A stretch of 60,328 bases of DNA from Streptomyces virus Wollford (lineage: Duplodnaviria > Heunggongvirae > Uroviricota > Caudoviricetes): positions 1-60,328 of IMG/VR virus record IMGVR_UViG_2974628344_000001; one strand, written 5' to 3'. Under the pieces are notes generated by a model. It searched no databases. It was not told where the DNA came from and saw nothing but the letters and a program-made list of their open reading frames with translations. The translations under genes were made by a program, and so were the position numbers. Below, in pieces: positions 23,583 through 34,060 of the stretch (position 1 is its first letter; every line of letters begins with the position of its first letter).

Positions 23583-25322
23583 ATGTCTTATCAACTACAA
23601 GTTCTAGCAGACGCTCCATTTTCATATTGGAAGCTAGACGGAAACGGCCCGGTGTACGAAGATTCAGCAGGCAGCTTTAGACAAGCTGATCTGACTGCTA
23701 CTGCTATCCCACACCCTGCCCTTGTTACCGGCTCAGGCAATGCTCTTGTATTGCAGAATAGCAACAGGCTTCAGATGGACGACCCTGTTTTCAACAAAGG
23801 CTACGAGGCCCGTCAGTGGTCTCTAGAGGCATGGATTAAGCCTCTGTCTATCAACGGTGAGATTTCAATCATGAGTCATTCTGGAAACTATGACGGACTC
23901 ACCATCACGCCGACAACAATCAATTTCAGAACTAAGTATCTAACAGCCCCGGCGTCAGAGATCAACTACATATATAATTCAACAAAGGCTTTTCATGTAG
24001 TAGGTGTTCACACCAATGGAAAGAACTCCCTTTATGTAGATGGAAATCTGGTAGCAGAAATAGATATTACTGATGAACAGGAAATCGATGCCTATAATTT
24101 CCTGACCTCTGATCTGATTGCTGGTGAGAGCGTATCAACGTCAAAGATTGCTATAGATTCCCCGGCAGTATATGCCTTTGCTTTGCCAGCAGACACTATC
24201 AAGAAGCATTATGATTGCGGCGTAGATGTTGAATCAAGCGATGCCATTGCAGGATTCAATGACGCAAGTCATTGGAACTTCTCAGATGAATCAAGAAACA
24301 TTGCTGTCACCAAGCTGTGGGACACAGAAGAGGAGTGGCCAGACGGAGTAATTGATAATGTCGTTATTGCGAATGACTTCATTGTTCCAAGCTACGAACA
24401 AACAGAGACAGAAGAAGTCGTAGATGGCCTTATCGTTCCCATTTACACCAATACGTCTATCCCCGGAACTTGGATCGGATCAGTTCCTTTGGGAATGACT
24501 CTTGCAGGAATCAGTGATGCAATTATCAGATATAGAGGAGAAGGATCTTTCACTATTGAATGCAGCACTGATAATGGAACTACATGGCAAGACGTTGACA
24601 ATGCTCCGTCATTTGATTTGGATGAGACAGATTCAATTGGAATCAAGGTGTCATTTACAGGTGGAATCGTAGATGATCAAAGCTATGTAGATTATGTTCA
24701 AGTAATTGGTTACGAAGACAAGAATATCAATGGAACGAGATCAGATCGAGCCGCCGTCCTCAATGGAACAGGCATCTCATCAATAAAGACTTATCAGCCA
24801 ATTGAATATGCAGATGACAACGGACTTCTTATTCTGAGTGGAGATATCTCTGTTGGAATTGATAGTTCTTACGATGGAGAAGAGGAGCCAGGTGATCTCG
24901 ATATCAATGGTATTGATATGTGGGTAAAGCCTGTTGCAGGAAACATCATCTCCGCCGGGGCAAATTCAATTTCACGAGTTGGAAATACCATTACTTTCTC
25001 TGGCTATTCAGATGTGACTGTCAATGGTGTTTCTGTTGCAAGTGGTGCGACTGTATTTGTAAATGACAGTTGGTATCACATTGGAGGAGTGTTCTCCACA
25101 CCAGGAAACTACCCAATTACAATTGGCACAGCAAATGCTCGAATCGGCCCGGCGTCAGCCATTTATGGAGACATTTCCCTTGCTGGTCTACAACAGATTT
25201 ATGCTTCCTATCTAGGTCTTCCAGGACTAACAGTAGACGATGAATCAGTCATTGGAATTACTACTCCAGCAGATGAGGCATTGCTATATGCGCATGTTTG
25301 GGGAATTACTCCTGCTGGATAA
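23583..25322 (+). CDS. LamG/concanavalin A-like domain virion protein
   Basis: LADAPFSYWKLD, WSLEAWIKP, FHVVGVH...LYVDG. Confidence 0.7.
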   Translation: MSYQLQVLADAPFSYWKLDGNGPVYEDSAGSFRQADLTATAIPHPALVTGSGNALVLQNSNRLQMDDPVFNKGYEARQWSLEAWIKPLSINGEISIMSHSGNYDGLTITPTTINFRTKYLTAPASEINYIYNSTKAFHVVGVHTNGKNSLYVDGNLVAEIDITDEQEIDAYNFLTSDLIAGESVSTSKIAIDSPAVYAFALPADTIKKHYDCGVDVESSDAIAGFNDASHWNFSDESRNIAVTKLWDTEEEWPDGVIDNVVIANDFIVPSYEQTETEEVVDGLIVPIYTNTSIPGTWIGSVPLGMTLAGISDAIIRYRGEGSFTIECSTDNGTTWQDVDNAPSFDLDETDSIGIKVSFTGGIVDDQSYVDYVQVIGYEDKNINGTRSDRAAVLNGTGISSIKTYQPIEYADDNGLLILSGDISVGIDSSYDGEEEPGDLDINGIDMWVKPVAGNIISAGANSISRVGNTITFSGYSDVTVNGVSVASGATVFVNDSWYHIGGVFSTPGNYPITIGTANARIGPASAIYGDISLAGLQQIYASYLGLPGLTVDDESVIGITTPADEALLYAHVWGITPAG

Positions 25323-25385
25323 GCAAGTGAGGCCAATGTCGGCCTCACTTTTGCTTTTTAATGCCAATGTACCTATGATGTTCTC

Positions 25386-25718
25386 ATGAAGAATCAAAGA
25401 ATGCAGGTTGTTGAAGAGGCCGCCTACGGAGTATACGTATGGGAAATGCCTAATGGTCAGTGGATTGGAGACGACGAAGGCAACTTCTTGTCCATCGCTG
25501 CCATGAAGGGCGACCAGAAGCGTATTAACGAATTGACGCAGGCTGTTCGACACTATGGTATTAATGAGGGAAAGCCGTTCTTCCTTTCTGGTCATCGAAA
25601 GATTGATGACGATGAATTCGAATACCAGAAGCAGAGACAGGCTTTTGGCCTTATTCCTGATGAAAACGATATCCCTGCTCTCGTAAGTGAGCAGTTCTAC
25701 AAGGAGCGTAATGACTGA
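25386..25718 (+). CDS. Hypothetical protein upstream of the portal
   Basis: ORF after a terminator/promoter at 25327-25379. Confidence 0.75.
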   Translation: MKNQRMQVVEEAAYGVYVWEMPNGQWIGDDEGNFLSIAAMKGDQKRINELTQAVRHYGINEGKPFFLSGHRKIDDDEFEYQKQRQAFGLIPDENDIPALVSEQFYKERND

Positions 25719-27285
25719 TAATCGAATTGTAGAGGCGGAGCCAGAAGAGAACTTGATTGAAGTTTCTCTGGGCAATGAAGTCTCCAGAAAGATTGATCAT
25801 GCAGACGATCCGTTCTCCAAGAGTCTTTCAGAGATTAAGGAAATGGATGGTCTATCTCGCTCTTTCAAGATTAGCGCCACAAAGCAACTGAATAAGTTCT
25901 ACAGAGGAATTGAGGGCGCTTCTTCAAAGAAGATCGAAAGTGATGATATCACTGGATACAATGCTTTTCAGGTTATTCTTCCTCCATACAATCTCGATTA
26001 TCTAGCTAAACTGTATGAGGTTTCATCTCCTCATTACTCAGCAGTAAAGGCAAAGGTTTCAAATATTGTCGGTCTGGGATTTGATCTAGTAGAAACCCCG
26101 GCGGCAAAGCAAGCCCTTGATAAGATCGATGGAGAAGAAAAGACTAAGAAGGCACGAGCCAAGCTGGAAAGAGAAAAGCAGAGAATTCTAGACTGGATCT
26201 CTAGCTGCAATGAAGAAGACGATTTCATTGAAACCCTTATCAAGGTATGGACTGATTACGAGGTGACTGGAAATGGCTACCTTGAGGTAGGTCGCACAAA
26301 CGCTGGTGAAATTGGATACATTGGTCACGTTCCATCAACATCAATGAGAATCAGGCAGAAGCGCGATGGTTATGTTCAGATCATTGCGAACCGGGCTGTC
26401 TTTTTCAGAAACTTTGGAGACACAAAGACTGCTGATCCAGTCGGTGGAGATGAACGTCCAAATGAAGTGATCCACATTAAGAAGTACGCACCAAGCAATG
26501 GATTCTATGGAATCCCTGACATTGTTGCTGCAAAGGCCGCCGTCGCAGGTAATGAATTTGCAACAAGATTCAATCTTGATTACTTCGAGAACAAGGCCGT
26601 TCCCCGTTATGTAATCATCATTAAGGGTGGAAAGCTTTCTCCAGCAGCAGAGCGCAGAATCACCGAATTTTTCCAGACTTCCCTAAAGGGTAAGAATCAC
26701 AGAACTCTTTATGTTCCTCTTCCAGCAGATGAGCAGGACAGAAAGACAAGTTTTGAAATGAAGCCGGTGGAAGCTGGAACTCAGGATTCATCATTCAACA
26801 ATTATCGTAAGGGAAACCTGAATGATATCCTCATGGCTCACCGAGTACCAATCTCAAAGGTAGGTCTTGCAGAAGGCGTCAGTCTTGCAGTAGCAAGAGA
26901 TGCTGACAAGACTTTCAAGGAGCAGGTGTGCCGACCAGAGCAAACTATCTTCGAGAACAAGCTTAACAAGATCATGAAGGAAGTAAGCGACGTTTTCCTT
27001 ATCCACCTCAATGAGCTATCTCTTACTGATGCAGATACTCAGAGCAAGATTGATGAGCGTGCAATCAGGAATCAGTGGACTACTCCTAACGAGATCCGTG
27101 CCCGTGAAGGAAAGCCAGGATTGCCCGGTGGTGACAAGGTGGTTGAACAAAAGCCTCAACAGCAGGCCGAGGCAAGGGCTCAGACAAATCAAACAAGAGC
27201 ACGCGATGCAGAACGAGCAGCCAATTCTCCTGATAAGGACGGAGAGGCTAGACAGCCTAAAGGCGAAGGTAGGGCAGCACAGTGA
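25711..27285 (+). CDS. Portal protein
   Basis: DYEVTGNGYLEV, IGHVPS, EVIHIKKY...YGIP, FFQT..KG.N, IL.AHRVP; start at MTDN (AAGGAG RBS). Confidence 0.9.
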   Translation: MTDNRIVEAEPEENLIEVSLGNEVSRKIDHADDPFSKSLSEIKEMDGLSRSFKISATKQLNKFYRGIEGASSKKIESDDITGYNAFQVILPPYNLDYLAKLYEVSSPHYSAVKAKVSNIVGLGFDLVETPAAKQALDKIDGEEKTKKARAKLEREKQRILDWISSCNEEDDFIETLIKVWTDYEVTGNGYLEVGRTNAGEIGYIGHVPSTSMRIRQKRDGYVQIIANRAVFFRNFGDTKTADPVGGDERPNEVIHIKKYAPSNGFYGIPDIVAAKAAVAGNEFATRFNLDYFENKAVPRYVIIIKGGKLSPAAERRITEFFQTSLKGKNHRTLYVPLPADEQDRKTSFEMKPVEAGTQDSSFNNYRKGNLNDILMAHRVPISKVGLAEGVSLAVARDADKTFKEQVCRPEQTIFENKLNKIMKEVSDVFLIHLNELSLTDADTQSKIDERAIRNQWTTPNEIRAREGKPGLPGGDKVVEQKPQQQAEARAQTNQTRARDAERAANSPDKDGEARQPKGEGRAAQ

Positions 27286-27740
27286 CAGCTAAGATCTGGC
27301 AAAAGACAGATGAAATTGCACGTGGACTAAGGAAGCCTATCAACACAGCCGCAATCTCTATTATGGGAGCTTACACTTTCATTTGGGGATTGTGGCTGAC
27401 CCTTCCTTGGTCAACATTTGACAGAAGTCCAATATACGAAAGAATGGACAAACTAGCACCAGAAATCGCATGGGGAATTGTGGCCATGTGTATTGGAATT
27501 GTTATGCTTCGCGGAGTGTGGAAGCAGAGATATCGTCCATTGCATACTGGCGCGGCGGCAGGATTCTACTACTGGTTCATCATTGCAGTATTCTACATAT
27601 TGGGTTCATGGGAGTCAGTAGGCTGGATCAATTCCTTGATGGTAAGCATCTACTGTGCCTTCGTAGCGATCAATTTGAGGGTAAACAAGAAGTTTATTGA
27701 TCCTAAGTTGCATGATAATAACAAAGTCAATACCATATGA
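27282..27740 (+). CDS. Four-TM membrane protein within the head module
   Basis: Four hydrophobic segments; overlaps both portal and protease genes. Confidence 0.75.
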   Translation: MTAKIWQKTDEIARGLRKPINTAAISIMGAYTFIWGLWLTLPWSTFDRSPIYERMDKLAPEIAWGIVAMCIGIVMLRGVWKQRYRPLHTGAAAGFYYWFIIAVFYILGSWESVGWINSLMVSIYCAFVAINLRVNKKFIDPKLHDNNKVNTI

Positions 27741-29029
27741 ACATGAAGATTGAAAAGGCATCCTGGCATTCTGACGGTGATAATCTCCGTCTTACTATGC
27801 CAATTGCAAAGTATGATGTGGAGAAGCGTCAGGTAAGTGGATTTGCCACGCTTGACAACTTCGACTCTCATGGAGACATTGTTCTAGCCGAAGCCTCACA
27901 GAAGGCTTTCTCTAGGTTCCGTGGAAACATCAGAGAAATGCATCAGCCTGTAGCGGTAGGAAAGATGGTTGACTTCCGAGAGGAAGAATTCTATGACCCA
28001 ACCAGTGAAAAGTTCTATCGCGGAATCTTTGCAACGGTCTATGTTTCAAAGGGTGCCCAGGACACATGGGAAAAGGTACTTGACGGTACTCTTACTGGTT
28101 TCAGTATTGGCGGAAATATCGTGGATGCAGAAACTCAATGGAATAAGGATGCCGAGACTAACGTAAGATTCATCAAGGACTACGAGCTTATCGAGCTATC
28201 CCTTGTAGACAATCCGGCAAATCAGCTAGCCAATGTATTCAGTATTCAGAAGACGGCTGATGGTCAGGTCATGAAGGGTATGGTCGCAGAAACTTCCGTC
28301 GAGAATGTCTTTTGGTGTCCAAAGGATGAAATCGCTAAGACAACTGCTGACGATTCATATTCTTGTCCAGTGTGTGACAAGTCAATGCAGAACGTTGGTT
28401 GGTTTGAAACTGATGCCTCTTCTCGTACTGAAAAGATGGCAAAGGTGATCAACGAATTTAAGAATTCTTCTGACACAGAGGACACTCACGAAGGAGGTGC
28501 AGAACAAGTGGCAAAGGAAAATGAAGGCGACGCAGTTGCAGAACAGGGTCGCGCCGAATCAGAGACTCCAGTTGAGGAATCAACAACTGAGAATGCTCCA
28601 GAGGTTGAGGCCGATGGAACTGTTGAGTCCGATGAGGAAACCGCAGCAGAAGTAGATGAGGGCGGCGCTGAGGAGCCAAACTTTGAAAAGATGCTTGAGC
28701 AGGTCCAGGAAACAATTAAGAAGGGCCTAGAGCAGACCCGTGAGGCTACTGCGGAAGAGATTAAGGCTATTGAAGGCAAGGTTGAGGAAATCAACAAGGC
28801 TTTCGACTCCAAGTTTACTGAGCTAGTCGAAAAGCACGGCGAGCTTAGCAAGAAGTTTGACAGTCTTTCTGACCAGCACGATGAAGTTACTAAGAGACTT
28901 GACAGTGTTGAAAAGGAAACTGCAATTAAGAAGTCCGGCGACGTTGGCGCGTCAAAGGAAGAGACCATTACCAAGGGTAACGGCTCAAAGTGGGGCGGAC
29001 ACTTCCTCAGTGTATCCGACATTCGATAA
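27737..29029 (+). CDS. Capsid maturation protease with an acidic coiled-coil (scaffold-like) C-terminus
   Basis: VSGFAT...DSHGD, EMHQP..VG, GFSIGG, ELSLVDNPAN. Confidence 0.88.
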   Translation: MNMKIEKASWHSDGDNLRLTMPIAKYDVEKRQVSGFATLDNFDSHGDIVLAEASQKAFSRFRGNIREMHQPVAVGKMVDFREEEFYDPTSEKFYRGIFATVYVSKGAQDTWEKVLDGTLTGFSIGGNIVDAETQWNKDAETNVRFIKDYELIELSLVDNPANQLANVFSIQKTADGQVMKGMVAETSVENVFWCPKDEIAKTTADDSYSCPVCDKSMQNVGWFETDASSRTEKMAKVINEFKNSSDTEDTHEGGAEQVAKENEGDAVAEQGRAESETPVEESTTENAPEVEADGTVESDEETAAEVDEGGAEEPNFEKMLEQVQETIKKGLEQTREATAEEIKAIEGKVEEINKAFDSKFTELVEKHGELSKKFDSLSDQHDEVTKRLDSVEKETAIKKSGDVGASKEETITKGNGSKWGGHFLSVSDIR

Positions 29030-29060
29030 ATCTTGAAAGGAAAAGAGGTGAAAAACAACA

Positions 29061-30056
29061 ATGAGCGATGAGCTAATTGAAAAGGTCATTCGTACTACTG
29101 AGGTAGCATCTGGTGGCGGTGGTCTGCTAAACGCAGAACAGTCCAACCGATTCATCGATTACATGTGGGAAGCCACTGTTCTCGGTACCCAGGTTCGTAC
29201 TATCCGTATGAGAGCCGATACAGTTGACATTGACAAGCTCGGAATTGGTGAGCGTCTAATGAGAGTTGCTACAGAGGCCGTTGACGACGGTGTAAACGCT
29301 GGAGCGACCTTCTCAAAGATTTCTCTAACCACCAAGAAGCTTCGTCTAGACTGGGAGATCTCAACTGAGTCCCTAGAGGACAACATCGAGGGTGAAGCCC
29401 TTGAAGACCACATTGCACGCCTAATGGCTACTCAGGCCGGTAACGACCTTGAGGATCTAGCAATCAACGGTGACAGCGCACTTACTGGTAACCCGCTACT
29501 AAAGGCGTTCGATGGATGGCGCAAGCGTGCTCTTGCTGGTGGTCACGTAATTGATCACGGCGGAGCAGGTGTAGATCGTGGAGTATTCAACAAGGCCCTA
29601 AAGGCTATGCCACGTAAGTACATGCAGCGTCGTAACGGTCTAAAGTTCTTCACTGGCTCAAACGTAATTCAGGACTACCTATTCAGCCTACAGAACACTT
29701 CTGCTGACTATGTAACTCCAGAGGCTATGGCCGCTGCGGGTATCAACAGCACTGTTCGTACTGAAGGTCCAGCCGGTTTCACAACCGGAAATGCGTTTGG
29801 TGTTCCAGTTCAGGAAGTTCCTCTATTCGAGGAGACTCTTGATGGTGACTACTCTGGAGCTGCTGGCGATCACGCAGATGTATGGCTAACATTCCCTAAC
29901 AACATGCTATGGGGTGTTAAGCGTGAGGTTCAGATCTTCAACGAGTTTAAGCCTAAGAAGGACACCACGGAGTACACAATGTATTGCCGTGTAGGTACTC
30001 AGATTGAAAATGCAGATGCATTTGTTGTCGTCAAGAACGTCAAGATCTCTGCCTAA
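29061..30056 (+). CDS. Major capsid protein
   Basis: GGLLNAEQS.RFI, LEDNIEG, HK97-like size and position, very strong RBS. Confidence 0.9.
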   Translation: MSDELIEKVIRTTEVASGGGGLLNAEQSNRFIDYMWEATVLGTQVRTIRMRADTVDIDKLGIGERLMRVATEAVDDGVNAGATFSKISLTTKKLRLDWEISTESLEDNIEGEALEDHIARLMATQAGNDLEDLAINGDSALTGNPLLKAFDGWRKRALAGGHVIDHGGAGVDRGVFNKALKAMPRKYMQRRNGLKFFTGSNVIQDYLFSLQNTSADYVTPEAMAAAGINSTVRTEGPAGFTTGNAFGVPVQEVPLFEETLDGDYSGAAGDHADVWLTFPNNMLWGVKREVQIFNEFKPKKDTTEYTMYCRVGTQIENADAFVVVKNVKISA

Positions 30057-30129
30057 TCGATCAAAACTTTAGAAAGAGGGCTTCGGCCCTCTTTCTGCTT
30101 TTATGATACAATCGTTTTATGGAGGATGA

Positions 30130-30525
30130 ATGAGTTACAATAAAATGAAGGTAGACGAGCTTCGCGAACTAGCGGATGCATATGCTGTTGATGTTGATCC
30201 CTCTGACAATAAGACAGTGATTATCAACAAGCTGGTGGAAAGCGGAGTAACTTTTGACTACCATCAGAGGCAGGTTGATCAGGCAGAGAAGGCAGAAAAG
30301 ATTACACCAAAGCCGGTGTTTGATGAGCCAGCGGAAGATGATGGAAATCAAAGAATTCTTCTTCGAATGACCAGAGCAAATGGAACATTCGAAGTGCGCG
30401 GTGCTAAGTTTACCCAGACAAACCCTTACGCTCTTGTAGCAGAACGTGATGCAGACTTTATTATGGAAAAGTATGAAGGCTTCCGTATCGCATCTCCAAG
30501 AGAAGTAAAGGAATTTTATAGCTGA
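30130..30525 (+). CDS. Hypothetical protein with an N-terminal SAP/Rho-N-like helical motif
   Basis: YNKMKVDELRELADAYAVD...NKTVIINKL. Confidence 0.65.
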   Translation: MSYNKMKVDELRELADAYAVDVDPSDNKTVIINKLVESGVTFDYHQRQVDQAEKAEKITPKPVFDEPAEDDGNQRILLRMTRANGTFEVRGAKFTQTNPYALVAERDADFIMEKYEGFRIASPREVKEFYS

Positions 30526-30581
30526 TAGAGGCCCTTCGGGGCCTCTTTGCTATTTAAGCTGACAGGATCTATAATCAATTC

Positions 30582-31454
30582 ATGGAAATTTACAGAGACA
30601 CTTCTGGCGTAGCTACGCTGGAACACCCAGTAACAGGAACGCTAACCGCTGATCTTTATCGCGGTGATGAGGTGCTTTCTACAAATATGCCTGTCAGCAC
30701 TTCAAATGGTATTCATACCGTTCAAATCAACTGGCAGTACACCGAATATGATGGAACACTTAAGATCGTGTGGAAGAAGTCAGGATTCGAAAGAATGACT
30801 TATGTTGACATTGTCACGCCGATTGTTCCTTTGTCTGTTCTTGATGAAGTTCTTGACGGTGTATCTGACGAAGATCAATATGATGCAGAGAGAGTTGTAA
30901 GAAACATCATTGAGATTTACACTGGACAGACTTTTGGCAAGTTCAGAGGTACCAAGCAAGTCAATGGAAACGACAGCACTCAGCTAGCCCTTCCAGTGCC
31001 TCTTCTGTCATTTACAGATATGTCAGACGACATGTTTATCTATGAGCCTTCTTCATTTATTACAAGAGGCGATGGGTGGTTCCTCGCAGGGAAGCCCGGC
31101 GCATATTGGACAATTAAGGACGCTCCCCCAGAGGATGTTCTTGATCAATTTACAAATGGTGTCATCTATGCTCCAGGTGTAGTAAAGAAGAGAGACTTCA
31201 ATTACACATCCGTATACACAATCACTGGAGACTGGGGATATGATTCTGTTCCTGTTAAGGTTCAGGAAGCAGCCAAGCTTCTCATCTCAGATTACGCCTG
31301 TCAGGATGTTGCCTATAGAGATAAGTACTTGCAGTCAATCAAGTCAGCAGACTGGAGAATTCAGTTCACTCAGGGAGCTTATGATGGAACTGGAAACCTA
31401 AAGGCAGATCAACTCCTAAGTGCTTACAAGATGAGCAATATGGTGGTTATATGA
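30582..31454 (+). CDS. Head-to-tail adaptor
   Basis: Position; IEIYTGQTF, Y.WG...VP.KVQEAAKLLI. Confidence 0.7.
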   Translation: MEIYRDTSGVATLEHPVTGTLTADLYRGDEVLSTNMPVSTSNGIHTVQINWQYTEYDGTLKIVWKKSGFERMTYVDIVTPIVPLSVLDEVLDGVSDEDQYDAERVVRNIIEIYTGQTFGKFRGTKQVNGNDSTQLALPVPLLSFTDMSDDMFIYEPSSFITRGDGWFLAGKPGAYWTIKDAPPEDVLDQFTNGVIYAPGVVKKRDFNYTSVYTITGDWGYDSVPVKVQEAAKLLISDYACQDVAYRDKYLQSIKSADWRIQFTQGAYDGTGNLKADQLLSAYKMSNMVVI

Positions 31455-31945
31455 GCTGCCTTCTTTCTTCCCGATTCAATATGCGGGCGACAGTTCTTCG
31501 CCAAGCTGGAACAAATCCGCAAGAAAACCCCGGCGGACATTGGGAGACGGTACAAGATCCCGATTCTGGTGCAATTGAAAGAGTGTGGGTACCAGACGAA
31601 GACAGCGATACCCCAGGAAACCAGACCCTTGTCATTAATTGCATGGTAAGAGGTGTAACCAACGGAGGTATTAGAGCAGCGGGAACAACTCAAAGATTTT
31701 CAGAGATCTATGAGAACGTCGACTGGGCAGTGATTCAGTTTCCAGCATCAGTCATTTTGAGCAAGATGGACAGAGTTACCAATATCACCAATTCAAAGGG
31801 TCAGTTGATCTGGAGAGAAGAGGAAATAGATCAGGCTCCAGCAACTGTATTTCAGGTAATGGGATCTACTCCTGTAGTTGATCCATTTGGTAATCATGTT
31901 GAAAACACTGCTCTATTGCAACGAGCTGAGGTGCAAAGTGGCTAA
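31451..31945 (+). CDS. Head-to-tail stopper
   Basis: Synteny and size. Confidence 0.6.
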   Translation: MSCLLSSRFNMRATVLRQAGTNPQENPGGHWETVQDPDSGAIERVWVPDEDSDTPGNQTLVINCMVRGVTNGGIRAAGTTQRFSEIYENVDWAVIQFPASVILSKMDRVTNITNSKGQLIWREEEIDQAPATVFQVMGSTPVVDPFGNHVENTALLQRAEVQSG

Positions 31946-32723
31946 GAGCAAAGCATTTGTAGGAGTAACCGCAGATACGACAGAAGCCAGTGCATTTACT
32001 GGCTTTTTGTCAACCCTGTCTGCGCAAATCAAAAGTGATGTAAACATGGCCCCGGTGTTGGATTATGCTCACTCTGCAATGAGCGATAAGTTTGATGCAT
32101 ACATGTCAGCTATCGCACCAACAGCGCCAAGTCAGTTCCATCACGTATATGACTGGGGAAGAATTGGTATGCCTCAGCACCAGCTTTGGAAGAATGTGAT
32201 CCGAGGACGAGGGGCCAATAAGTATGTTTCATTTGAATTCAGGGCGTCTGTGCTGCCTGTACCTCTACCAGAAGGAGACAAGGTTCCCTTCCGTAGAAAG
32301 CATCGATTCATCTATAAGGCTATGATCATGGAGTATAATATTGGTGTGACAATTACTCCTCGCCGGGCAAAGATGCTTGCATTCCCAGTTGATGATGGAA
32401 GAGTGATCTTCACTAAGGGACCTGTATTTGTAGAAAATCCCGGTGGAATGGGAACTACTGGAGCATTTACTGCGGCATGGTCTAATTGGTGGGGAGGCCC
32501 CGGTGCTAATGAAGCCTTTAATGGAGAAGTAAGAAAGGCTCTAGAAGATGATATGTCAGAAGGATCTATGAGAAGATTCTTCCGAAGATTCAAGAAGGCA
32601 TCATTCAGAAGAGGCACATTGTCAGTGACAGACTCTCGTACGGCATTTTCAGACGGGTCCCGCCTTGCACAAGAATTCCTACAGGAAAGAAACAGAAAGA
32701 ACGAAGGAAGGAGAAAGAAGTGA
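31938..32723 (+). CDS. Neck/tail-completion protein
   Basis: Synteny; GTG start after GAGGTG. Confidence 0.55.
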   Translation: MAKSKAFVGVTADTTEASAFTGFLSTLSAQIKSDVNMAPVLDYAHSAMSDKFDAYMSAIAPTAPSQFHHVYDWGRIGMPQHQLWKNVIRGRGANKYVSFEFRASVLPVPLPEGDKVPFRRKHRFIYKAMIMEYNIGVTITPRRAKMLAFPVDDGRVIFTKGPVFVENPGGMGTTGAFTAAWSNWWGGPGANEAFNGEVRKALEDDMSEGSMRRFFRRFKKASFRRGTLSVTDSRTAFSDGSRLAQEFLQERNRKNEGRRKK

Positions 32724-33223
32724 CATACGACATTACGGCCACACACGCTTTGAACAAGTTCATAAAGGACCAGTTGAGCGGAGAAGGAATCATCGACCTT
32801 GCACTATACAAGGGTCTTGATCCATTTATTCCTGCGCAGCAGCAGCCAGAAATGACCAATTTGCCTTCCGGCGTTCCTTTTGTTGTCTACAATTACGCTT
32901 CTAATGGAGAATATGTCGACTGGTGGGTTGAGCACGAGCAGACAGCCTATACCATCTATTCTGACAATGAGAAGAAGATCAGACAGATGACTCATTACAT
33001 GAATCAACTTCTTAAGCGATATGATTGGTCTGCTGAAGATATCAATGACTATGTACAGGAATTTGGAACAACTGAGCACAAGAAGTTCGACTTCAAGTAC
33101 ACAAGAATTACAAGCATGTCTTCAATCGAACCGGCGACAAGTCAGGGTGGAAGATTCTCAGCAACAATTGTAGTAAACATTTGCTTCACCTCTCAGCTCA
33201 ATCAAGCTGGCATGCGCATATAA
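32720..33223 (+). CDS. Tail terminator
   Basis: Synteny directly upstream of the major tail protein. Confidence 0.6.
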   Translation: MTYDITATHALNKFIKDQLSGEGIIDLALYKGLDPFIPAQQQPEMTNLPSGVPFVVYNYASNGEYVDWWVEHEQTAYTIYSDNEKKIRQMTHYMNQLLKRYDWSAEDINDYVQEFGTTEHKKFDFKYTRITSMSSIEPATSQGGRFSATIVVNICFTSQLNQAGMRI

Positions 33224-33327
33224 CATTCGCATGATAATCAATCTTCATATACTATGAAGGCAATTGAGGAAGTGTGTCTAGCCAGCACAAACGATATACT
33301 TTTTCAGAAAAGAGGTGAAAAGACAGA

Positions 33328-33951
33328 ATGACATACAAGGTTAAGAATATCATCATCGGTGCAGCCGCCGTTTATCTTTCAGCAGAAGACTCTACTGAAT
33401 GGACTAATGCACCATCCCTTCCAACTGTAAGCGGTACGAACAGCATCGTTCCTGGTCTAGATGGATCTGACGACTGGCGTCACACCGGATTTACAAGTGA
33501 AGGTGTTGAGGTTTCTTATGAGCCAGATTATGGTGAGGTAGAGGTTGACCAGCTCCTTGACTCCGCGAAGCTATTCAAGCAGTCTATGCGAGTTATGGTA
33601 AACACCACTTTCTCCGAGGCAACCCTTGAAAACCTTCTAGTTGTTTGGGGACAGCAGAACAACACCTACACAACTGGTGCAACTGAGGAAACTCTTGCTA
33701 TTGCAGCAGGTTCTCTAGGTGACGAGCCAACCGAGCGTTCCGTAGCATTTGTTGGTCCTGCTCCAAGAGCAGACGCAGGTACTAAGAGAGAGCGAATTTA
33801 CCACGTAAGACGTGCTCTATCAATTGAGGCTTCTTCTCACTCACTGAGGAGAAATGAGGCAACGGTATTCCCAGTCTCATTCCGACTTCTTCCAGACCCA
33901 AGCTTCTCAGGTCAGGAGTACGGTGTGATTAGGGATAGGAACATCGCCTAA
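33328..33951 (+). CDS. Major tail protein
   Basis: GFTSEGVEVSYEP, VDQ, position before the chaperone and tape measure. Confidence 0.85.
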   Translation: MTYKVKNIIIGAAAVYLSAEDSTEWTNAPSLPTVSGTNSIVPGLDGSDDWRHTGFTSEGVEVSYEPDYGEVEVDQLLDSAKLFKQSMRVMVNTTFSEATLENLLVVWGQQNNTYTTGATEETLAIAAGSLGDEPTERSVAFVGPAPRADAGTKRERIYHVRRALSIEASSHSLRRNEATVFPVSFRLLPDPSFSGQEYGVIRDRNIA

Positions 33952-34060
33952 TACCAATGACTTTCAGCGTCGGCCCCCGAAAGGGGGCCTTCGCATTTGT
34001 ACTGCATTTTGGATTGTGACAATCCGTTGATATAATGATTTCAAACACAAGGAGGAAAAA

